NCBI RefSeq assembly: GCF_001194135.2
Contig: NC_068983.1
Location: 61,369,566-61,433,565 of the forward strand
Source of the DNA: Octopus bimaculoides
Lineage: Eukaryota
Direction: 5' to 3'
Length of the DNA stretch: 64,000 nucleotides
Positions 51,218 to 61,600 of the stretch are shown piece after piece. The first letter of the stretch is position 1. Each line of letters opens with the position of its first letter. Position numbers and translations under genes: made by a program. The notes beneath the pieces are model-generated. The model had not been told where the DNA came from. It did no database searches and was given only the letters and a program-made list of their open reading frames with translations.

Positions 51218-52834
51218 TTAGCCATCCAGTCAATCATATTCACAAGTATATGCTACAATATATGAATACAAATTGTCACAAATCTAAGATTGTGTGTGTG
51301 TGTAGAGAGAGAGAGAGAAAGAGAGATACATTTATAAATACATATTTGCACATGCAACTGCACATAGATACATATATGTGCAAGTTTGGCCCCACATATA
51401 GGCAATACATAAACACCTGTGTATGTTTTTAAAATAGAAGAATGACATTTCTGTGGGAATTGGTTACTATTTCTAAGAGATTGGATGACAAGTTAGAGGA
51501 TTCTTCCCAGTCTTTTAGTCAAAAAGCTAAATACCAAACATTTGCTCAACCTGGACTAACCTGGGGTTACACAACAACAGCAAACTATCGAGATGTAGCT
51601 TCTCACATTAAAGTGAGTGTTGACATAGACTAAACAAGTGTAAGAGTCAACATATTCTTTGAAAATAAGGAAACTACATCATGATGGTGTGTACGTCTGT
51701 GGGTGTGTTATGTGTAGAACGTCAGGTAAATATGTGTGTTTCGTAGTGTACACATATATATGGTTAAGGATGATACTGGATATGTGCATCTGTGGATGGT
51801 ATTAGTAGTATTTATGCATGAAAGGACATTGTGTAGGAGAATGAGTGTGTGTGTGTGTGTGTGTGTGTGCGCACGCGCGCGCATGTGGAACAATATTGAC
51901 AATATATGTATGAACAATATTGGTANNNNNNNNNNGCGCGCATGTGGAACAATATTGACAATATATGTATGGACAATATTGGTAGCACTTGTGTGATTAT
52001 GGATCGTGTTGCTAGTGTACATGGATGTATAAAAATGATATTGGAAATGGAGATGATACTGAATGTAAGTGCTGTTATTGATCTGATTTAGCTCCAGATC
52101 AACTTTGATTGAACAGCCCTATGGTCAGCGGTTTCAAGCCACGACCACTTCGTCTTGTCAGAAGTATATCTAAGAAAACATACATTATCCAGTATGTCAT
52201 TTAGCTTTCCTACGAGAGTCAAGTGTGGCTTGAGTGACATTTGGTTGCTATTTCTCGTCGATCGATAATGGATATATATATATATATATGGAGAGTATTG
52301 GTAATGGATAATAGAGATCGTCTATGTGTATACACACACACACACACACACACATATGTTCGTACGTATATAAAACATGCCAGTAAGTTAGTGTGTGTGT
52401 GTTCATACGTAAATGTATTCAAGCGTGTGTGGTTCAGAATTTGTGTCAGTGCGTTTGCAGGTTATTTTGTATATTAAGTGCTGGAATTGAAAACTATGTC
52501 AACGAATGAATATTTACCGAAATTGACCAGTGAAATGCACTACAATACAGAAAAAGCAACTTTATTTTTTTAATGTCACTTGTACAATCGCATATAAAGA
52601 TTTTAATTCGCGCAGTTGATAACCCGCGTCTGTGAGTGTGAATGACACTTGTTAGAATATACATAGACATATCTATACACACACACATATATATATATAT
52701 ACATTTATATGTGCGTATATTTTTATATACATAAACGTCCGCACACGCACACATTTATGCAGATACATATATACACACAGTTTTGTGTGTGCATACACAC
52801 AGTTTTGTGTGTGTATACACACACACACACACAC

Positions 52835-52872
<38 letters not shown>

Positions 52873-53054
52873 AGTGCGATAGATAGATATAAGGTAAGCA
52901 GTAATTTGGATAATTATTTATTTAGATGAAAGCGCTAAATAGATAATCATCCAAAATTCTGATTACCACTTTTTCTCAAAATATAAAATATGTACACCGC
53001 TTTAAACAATCTAATGATTATATATATATGTGACAATTAGTTGATTGTCATAAT

Positions 53055-53108
53055 ATAAAACTCAGAGTTTCGAGGCTGAAGTCTGCTCTAGCATCTCATC
53101 AGTTATTA
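53055..53108 (-). ncRNA. Type I hammerhead ribozyme (predicted), opposite polarity
   Basis: Minus strand: taataa CUGAUGA gaugcu..agccuc GAAA cucugag UU uuau; stem II 5 of 6 pairs, stem I 4 bp. Confidence 0.55.
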
Positions 53109-53120
53109 AGCGTTTTGTCT

Positions 53121-53183
53121 TAATAACTGATGAGATGCCGGAGTAGACTTCAGCCCCGGTATCCGAAACTCTGAGTTTTATTA
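53121..53183 (+). ncRNA. Type I hammerhead ribozyme (predicted)
   Basis: Stem I taataa/ttatta, CUGAUGA 53127-33, stem II gatgccgg/ccggtatc, one extra C, GAAA 53165-68, stem III ACUC/GAGU, GUU triplet. Confidence 0.7.
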
Positions 53184-53282
53184 TGACAACCAACTAATTG
53201 TCACATCTTATATTTAAAGATAAATTTCCCTATTTTACATAATATCGAGGTTTCATTCATTCTTTTGTCGTCATATTATTAT

Positions 53283-53325
<43 letters not shown>

Positions 53326-53554
53326 GCGCGCAGCATTTATTTGATATTAAGTCTACGTTACTTTGAGTAACTAAAGCAAACTCAGTTTCCACTTTACTAA
53401 CAATATCGACTGCTTTTTCCATTTCACAGCAAATCACATCAACTGGGAATTCATGTATCTGTCTCTCTATCTGTTTGTATGTCTGTATGTAGGCAATGTC
53501 ATTCTAAACCTTTTGCACGTTAAATACATACACACATACGCAATTTTTGCAAGT

Positions 53555-53656
53555 AAAAGGTTGACAGTGGCTTCGAAGTTTCATCTGGTAAGCTGAAATA
53601 TCAGAAAGTCTGATGACGATTGTAAACTGAAACTCCGAAGTCACAGTCAACCTTTT
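53555..53656. repeat. 29-bp inverted repeat enclosing a decayed hammerhead
   Basis: aaaaggttgacagtggcttcgaagtttca vs tgaaactccgaagtcacagtcaacctttt (3 mismatches); CUGAUGA 53610-16, GAAA 53629-32, GUC 53640-42. Confidence 0.75.
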
Positions 53657-54077
53657 GTAAAAAGAAAATCAGTATGTACTTTATTGAAAAGTATTTAATG
53701 AACCTTCAATTTTGTTAAATTGTTTCTGTATATAACTTCACATAGAAAAAAAAAACAAAACCAAACAAAACAAACAAACTGTGTTTGTATGTGTAAATGT
53801 ACGCGAGAGAAATAGAAAAGAGAAAGAAGGAAGACTATATTGATGTGTGTGTGTGTGTGTGTGTGTAAAACGCCGTAGAGCAGAGGTGCGGCTACGGAAG
53901 ACGCGAGTTGTTACTTTGACCAGGTAAGCCCAGAAAGAGTATATCTATTATTAAGAGCATTCCAGCCATGACCCTCCCATCAGTTTTTCTCTGGACAGCT
54001 ATGTCAAGGACTACACTGTCCAATATAACTTATATATAAATTTTTTTAATGGCTATTATTAAAAACATTAAGGCAGG

Positions 54078-54290
54078 ATGCAGGCAGAATCATTACCGCA
54101 TCGGACAAAATGTTTATTAGAATTTCGTCCGTCTTTATGCTCTGAGTTCAAATTCCGCTGGGGTCGACTTCGCCTATCATCCTTTCTGGGTTCGATGAAA
54201 TACATATTAGTTAAGTACGGGAATCCATGTAGTCGACTCTTTGCCCCCAAATTTCAGGCCTAGTGCCTATAGTAGAAAGGATTATGAAAA
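54078..54290 (+). mobile_element. SINE, CpG-intact copy
   Basis: gcagaatcattaccgcatcggac...gagttcaaattccgctggggtcgac...cccccaaatttcaggcc. Confidence 0.75.
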
Positions 54291-56363
54291 GTATTCCAGC
54301 CATGACCATCCTATACTTTTTTCCTCCGGACAAGAATATCAAGGACTACACAGTCCAATAGACCTTATGTGTGTATGTGTGTGTGTGTGATTATTATTAA
54401 AAGCATTCCGGCTTTGACCATTCCATTTTTTGATTCTTTTTTTCTTCTCCGGATAAGTATATCAAAGACTACATTGTCCAGTGTATCATATTTGTTAATG
54501 GAGATAGGGTGTGATGAACGCAGGTTGGTACAAAAATCCGAAACCTATTCAATAAATAATACATCATCGAAAAATAAATGAAAAATAATAGAAGAAAATC
54601 GCTGACATAGATCCCTAACAATGTTGTGAAACCAACTTGGAAGCTTCGACGCGGTCGCATGACCTGTCAGATATATAAGTCAAATCACACCTTTACCGTC
54701 TTTAAAAAGAGAAGGACATTGGATAATGTAATTCTCGAGAAACAAGAAAATATAAAAAAGGAAGGGGTGGCCATTGCTGGAATGTCATTCATAATACGTT
54801 TGTTTGGTCTGGGAAAACACGGGGCTAAATAACAACTACTAATAATCGTGCTAAGCGAAAAATTCGACAGCCAGGAGAAATATTAAGCTAAATATATTTA
54901 GCTTTAGATCACTACATGCCATTTTCTACAAAGCTACACCTTCTCATTCAGAAATCCAATCAGCAACAGTAGAAGACAGATCGAACTGGAAATAGTAGTA
55001 GGCCTATATAATGAATAAACAGCTATGATACTGTCCTCGAAGGATACCAGTAACAAAAACAGGTATTATTCTAGAGGTTTCAGTGAAATTTTAATGAATG
55101 TATAAATAGGAAAAAGCCAGGGACAGAGTAAAAGAAAAATAACTAACCTGTCAGTCTGTCTATGCAATGTATGGATGGCTACGTCGTCTGTCAGGTTGGT
55201 ATGCTAAGTAGTTACGTCACAGTACTGCACTGCCATCTATCGGCCGTTCGATCATATCGATAGAGGAAAAAAGAAACATGCAACTAAAGCTGATCAAGAG
55301 CAGACAACTGCAGCAAAATCGATCATCCTAATCAGGGTTTGTTGTGTGATGCGTCAGCTGCAGTGGGAGGGAGGGAGGCGGAAACAGGAGAGAAAGAAGA
55401 AAACGAAATGAAAAAGGTGACAGGTGAGAAGGAGAGTAATAGAAAATAAACGGGGCAAGGATGATGTGTGGCGATGGTAGATAGCAGGATCGAACACGCG
55501 ATGTGATTCGTAATCGCACGTGACTACTGCACAAAGTAATTCGAGAATTCCCTGCCTGACCATCTTCGATCTATCAACAAACCCACCTTTACTTTTATAT
55601 ATACACACACGAAACGACAGAAAAATATCAGAGCCGTACATTTGCGCAGACATTACATAGAAATATGCATATGTATACACATATATATCTTCTTACGTAG
55701 GTACACACAAATACACTACAAATGTATGTATACATAGATAAACAGACAGACAGATAGATAGATAGATAAATAGACAGACAGATAGATAGATAGATAGATA
55801 GATAGATAACACACATATATCTAATTTATTTACTTAAATACGAAGATTCTCTCTTGTCTCTGCTCTGGATTTCCTGCTTTAATGCGTTTGCTCAAACATT
55901 CGTTCTTTGTTGCCTGAACGAACGCACACAAGTGAGAAACTCGGAATTGCGACAGAGTGAATCTTCAGCTTCGAACTCTTAAATATATTTTACCTTATAC
56001 TTGGAGTACTTCTCCCACTCACCGTTTGTACACCGGTGTGTATATATATATGTATTCTCACTTATATACTTTTTGTTGTTTCTAGAATTTGTCATTTAGG
56101 AAATGATTGTTTGCCATCATTGAGAGGGTAATTTTTGGAAGAGACTCTCCAAGTCATAGGAAAAGAAAAGTGTATCCCCCCGCCTAGTATTCCAGTGTTT
56201 TATACAACGAAAATTGTGACTGAAAACAATGTTATCTAAGCATTTTAATTTCATTTTCTTTTTTTTTTTCACTCTTTTACCTCCTTTTGTATCTTTTTTT
56301 TTCTTCCCCATGAGATTCCGCAGACCGATATTTTAGAAACTCTACCGTAATTTCAAATAATAG

Positions 56364-56542
56364 TTTCAAATTTTGTCACAATGCCAGCAGTTTTAGGGAT
56401 GGGGTAAGTCGATGTCATCGACTCCAATACTCGACTGGTACTTATTTTATCAACCCAGAAAGAATGAAAGGCAGAGTCGATCTCGGCGGAATTTGAAATC
56501 AGAACATAATGAGATGCTAACAATTCCTCCGCCTCGCCGCCC
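56364..56542 (-). mobile_element. SINE, CpG-intact copy
   Basis: tttcaaattttg...taagtcgatgtcatcgac...gagtcgatctcggcggaatttg. Confidence 0.8.
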
Positions 56543-57965
56543 TCGTAATTTCAAATAAAAACATTGGTTAACTACATCAAGTATGTCAGAACCCTAGAAT
56601 TTCATTCCTTGACTCTATATGCTGGGAATGATATATCATCAACATTCTCTCGATGGCGCCATAACGTTTCTATCTTAGCATCATGTGCAGGATCAGAGTT
56701 CAACCTTAATTATGTTTTGTACAAAGCAATGAGAGAACATTTATTATCATAGGTCTGCTCCATCAAAGTTGACCTGGAGGCTAAATAACATTGGTTCCAT
56801 AAGTATAATCATTATCGTTTTAACGTCCGCTTTTCCATGCTTGCATGGGTCGGATGGAATTTGTTGAATGCCCTCACCTGTTTCCAAGTATGGTAAAATT
56901 TTCTCATGACCAGACGTTTTCTTAAAAGAACAGAAACAGAGAACTGCATTTGCATAAAGGTGACACTCATTTACAACTATCCCGTGATGTCAAGGCAAGG
57001 AGATAGTAATACACACACACACACACACAAATAAATACACACCCTCATAAATATATATACAATGGAATTCCTTCAGTTCCTCCTACCAAATTTATAAGTG
57101 CCATGCATTTCTGGCATCCCATCTTTGCACTATGTTTTCAATTATTTGGGAGTCTGGGAAGGTTTAAAAACAATAAAAATGTTTAAAGTTTTATCTGATT
57201 TTCAAATGTAGCTCTCAATTTTCTCTATGACAAGTCATTGTCGAATTTTTGAGCATACATATATATATCATTACAGGTACTCATATGACTGTTTTATATT
57301 GTTAAAGAAGATACAAGATCAGAAAAATTTATAATTATTTAACATAGATAGATTGTCATTTTATGGGTTTAAAATTATATAAAACTTTACACAGATTGAA
57401 TTTATTTAAGATGTTTTTACAAAACAATCATGGAAATAAGGCAATGAGAAAATTAAAATATGCCAGAAAAATAATGAAAAAGTATATCCCATGATTCAAA
57501 TTAAGAATTTCAATTAAATTGTTGATTTAAATGAATTCATAACTTTATGAAAACAGTAAGGTTTTGCATAAAATAAATACATTAACATTCAAACAAATGA
57601 ATGACTTTATCTACACTTTCAACATCATATTCTTTATACAAATTTAAAATATGAAAATTTTCTGGCTCCTATAAAGATTTTCTAATCCTCATGAAAATTT
57701 TTACCTTCCCAAAAGATTTATACTCTTCATAGAAATTTGTCTCTATATAAACATTTTTAAAATCCTATAAAAAATTTGAATCTCTTATAAAATTTTGAAC
57801 TCCTACTAAAAACTAGAAATTTGTCTTCCGCCTTATGTATATATATAACATTCATGTGTTTTGTTAAATTCTAGTATTACATATTTGATTGCTGAAACAT
57901 TATACAATATTGTTAATTCATCTCAGTAATTAATAAAAAATTCAATGAATGATGTTAGAGTAACA

Positions 57966-58165
57966 AGCTGGCAGAATTGTTAGCATATTGGATAAAATGC
58001 TTAGCATTTCATCCATGTTCTGAGTTCAAATTCCACCAAAGTTAACTTTGCCTTTCATCTTTTTTGAATTGATAAAACAAGTGCCCATTGAAAACTTGGG
58101 TTGATCTGATTGACTTACCCCTTTCCCCACCAAAATACTGGCCTTGTTCCAAAATTTGAAATCAA
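57966..58165 (+). mobile_element. SINE, CpG-decayed copy
   Basis: gctggcagaattgttagc...ctgagttcaaattccaccaaagttaac...ccaaaatttgaaatc. Confidence 0.75.
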
Positions 58166-59089
58166 TATGCTGATTATCAGGAAACATCAGTGGAATGGCT
58201 GAACCCAGTGTAACAGAAAACCACCTTTTCAAATCTATATGAGCAGATATACATATAGTTACACAGCCATTCACACTGTATACAATAGAGTGGAGGGAAA
58301 CAGGAAAAGAAGGTGACAACCACAAAGTCTTGTAGACAAGCAACTTCAGCATCAACCACACCAACAATAAAAACATCCTAAGATGCTAGCCAGGAACCAT
58401 GACAAAGACATTAACCCTTTTTGATATTGCCCTGCCTGAAACAGCCCCTGTTTTGGCAAGATGTTTATAGCTGGATGTCCTTTCTAACACTAACCATTCA
58501 GCAGAATGGACTTAGTGCTTTTTACCTAGCACAAGCACAGGTGATGTGCATAGTGCTTTTTATGTGGCGCAAGCATAGGCAAAGTTTTTACAGCTGGATA
58601 CCCTTCTGAACACTGACCACTTCACAGTATGGACTGGGTGCTTTTAAGTGGCACCTGCACTGACAGAGTCACCAAGTACTTGCAAGACAAAAAATAACCT
58701 TTTAATAGGGGAGGAGGTGATGATGAAAAGGTTATAGTAAGATAGATACAGGTGTCTTGCCGTAGAGGAAGTACAAGGTTACCCAGCTAGAGAGAGAAAC
58801 ATCAGGAATGAAGACAGAAACAGGTGTGCTACTGCAAAGGAAATACATGGTTGCCCAACCTGATGGAAGTGCAGGAGAAGGAGAGAGAGAGTAGGAGACA
58901 GCAGAATAGAGATGGTGGCAACATGCTGGGTATACTCACAAAGATTGGGGATCAGAATATAAATGGGTTGGTTAAGTAAAGGAAGAAAGAGACAATGTAG
59001 AATTGAATAAAAATTCAGCTAGAAATAGAACAGATATACCGTTATTGAAAGAGTAAGTAGTAATAAAGAACTTAGTAGAAATGAATTTG

Positions 59090-59625
59090 ATTTTACCATG
59101 AATGATCAAATTAATACTAAATCTGAGAGAAATATAAAAAATTATCTCTGCAACTGTTCTAAATGGGACTCCTGTTATGTGAATAATAGATGTAAAACTA
59201 AAAATATAATATATAGATGTAAAGTTACATCTGAGGGAAATGAATACTTTTACATCGGTGTAACTACACTAATTTTCAAAAAGAGACTGACTCATCACTT
59301 AAATTCATTTAAAGATGAAAATAAAAACAAGTCTAAGTAAATTGATCTGGTCTATTAAAGCCAAAAACAAAGACTATACTATTAATTGAGAATTGATTAG
59401 TACTGCAAAACCATACAGACCAGGAACTAATAAAAGTGACCTATGTATAGAAGAATTAATTAGTACGACAAAACCATACAGACCAGGAACTAATAAATGT
59501 AACTTATGTATGGAAGAATTTCACCAAATTTTTGTATCTAAGGATAATATGATAAATTCTAGACAGGAGCCAGCTTTAAGTTGCTTGTATATGAGAAAGT
59601 TTACCTTTGCTCAATATAAATGAAT
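59090..59625 (+). mobile_element. Penelope-like element GIY-YIG endonuclease remnant
   Basis: CNCSKWDSCYVNNRCKTKNIIYRCKVT...YIGVTTLIFKKRLTHHLNSF...KPYRPGTNKCNLC; internal stops. Confidence 0.85.
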
Positions 59626-59919
59626 TATAAACATTTAAACAATGAAATGTTTTGAAATAACTGTCTATAAGGAATAAAAATGTAGTTTTCCAATTAAAAC
59701 TTGAATTGAAGATAGTTCGCGTCTAAATCAATGTACAACTCCACATCATAGAATGAAAAGAAAATCAACAGAAAACTTTAAACAGTTAAATCAAAGGATA
59801 TTAAACTGAAAACCATGAAGAAACTGCACCGGTATTATAGAAATTTTGCAATTGCAATGGTTACTAATTGATGCTGTAGAAACATGTGTAGGTCTATTTG
59901 AAGCTGTATATATATGTGC

Positions 59920-59990
<71 letters not shown>

Positions 59991-61244
59991 ATGCTAATGT
60001 TACTTTGTAATAATCTTTATTATGACTATTATTATTATCATCATCATATGTGTGTGTGTGTATTCTGACAAAGCACTCAGGCTTCTGTTCTTGTCAAACT
60101 GTCCAACCCATACCAGCATGGAAAAGAGGATGCTAAATGGTGATGATAATGATGATGTATGTGTGTGTGTGTGTGTGTGCATATATATAAGGGAGACAAA
60201 TTGTGGATACACATGGTATTTCAAATGGGAAATACATATAGCCATTTAAATATTGAAGCACAATCAGAATGTATTCTTAATTCACTAACCTCTCTTTCTT
60301 GTCTTTAGAAACCTTAGTGAAGGAGTTGTTAACTGCAATATCAGGACTAATTAAATATAGTATTTCTGAGGAATTACTTCAATGTCTTTATTGTTATTTT
60401 TTACTATTCAATGTTCTATCACACTGATTTATTTAAACTAAAAAATGTTTTTGTGCAAACTATTAATAAAGTAAAACATAAAACAATAAAGAATATTTAT
60501 TTGAAAAACAAACAAACAAAAACTCAGAATCATTCTTACAAATATTTGACTGATTATATCAACCCAACAGTGAAAATGTATATACTTCTGCATACACATG
60601 GAACAAAATAAATTGGACTGTTTTGTTTTAGTTTTGTGGAGAATTTAAAGTAAAAGATTTGTTATTCTGGGTTTTGTGTAAATCATGACTAACAAAAAAA
60701 TAAAAAATAAAAAAAAATAAACTCTAACATTTTCATTTCAAGAAGATTGGAAATTCTGGGAGCTATTGATATTTTGGAAGAAAAAAAAAAAGAAATTGCT
60801 ATAATCCTAAGACAGCTGATTAGAGCATAATTTGCTATTTTTTCATTATAAGTTTAATGTATTTTTTTCATTTGTGCCCATTCCTCATATTTATGTTTGC
60901 TAACAAACACACCCATATATTCTCACATTTATTTTGTCTATAACTGGTGTAACCCTCTTTTTTTTTACTCTTTTCTTTCTTTTTTCTTGTTTCACCTATT
61001 GCTTTCTTCTTTGATTTCTTCCATTCCCAGCTAGCCACTTCCTACTTCTTTTGTGATCAGTGATCTTTCTTTTATATTTCAGATCCTCTAGCAAGCACAT
61101 ATATTCTTCTTTCAGCTATTATTTGCTCAAGGACTTTGCCCATCATTTGTTATGCATTTTGTTTCTCTTTTGCATTGCACTTGTACTATTGCTTTGTGTC
61201 CATTTGTTTTGTTATATTTGCATACTCTTTTATTCTTTTATTTT

Positions 61245-61600
61245 GTTTCAGTTTTTTTGACTGTGGCCATGCTGGAGCACCGCCTTTTAGTCGAGCAAAT
61301 CGACCCCAGGACTTATTCTTTAGAAGCCTAGTACTTATTCTATCGATCTCTTTTGCCGAACCGCTAAGTTACGGGACATAAACACACCAGCATCGGTTGT
61401 CAAGCGATGTTGGGGGGACAAACACACACACACACACATACATACACACACACATACATATATACGACGGGCTTCTTTCAGTTTCCGTCTACCAAATCCA
61501 TTCACAAGGCTTTGGTCAGCCCGAGGCTATAGTAGAAGACACTTGCCCAAGATGCCACGCAGTGGGACTGAACCCGGGACCATGTGGTTGGTAAGCTCTA
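61245..61600 (-). mobile_element. tRNA-derived SINE, young copy
   Basis: Same family as 50050-50415, retains CpGs (gtcgagcaaatcgacccc, gccgaaccgc). Confidence 0.88.

Larger units (their letters stand above)
53028..53206. repeat. 179-bp inverted repeat carrying hammerhead ribozymes on both strands
   Basis: Arms of ~83 and ~88 bp around an 8-nt loop (53111-53118); few mismatches and two indels. Confidence 0.9.
52100..56900. promoter_or_regulatory. CpG-retaining, promoter-like region (probable 5' end of MADD or another transcript)
   Basis: Visibly more CG dinucleotides than the gene body; SINE copies here keep CpGs lost in copies outside; CRE-like tgatgcgtca (~55348), E-boxes cagctg and cacgtg; o/e not computed. 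Confidence 0.5.

Noticed and set aside
51877-51985. Direct duplication of ~45 bp across a 10-N gap
   Set aside because: Typical unmerged contig overlap, i.e. an assembly artefact.
55354-55680. 108-aa minus-strand ORF with TATA-like tatataaaag near 55595
   Set aside because: Starts in microsatellite, ends in a pyrimidine tract, no recognisable homology; the TATA is continuous with a GT/TA run.
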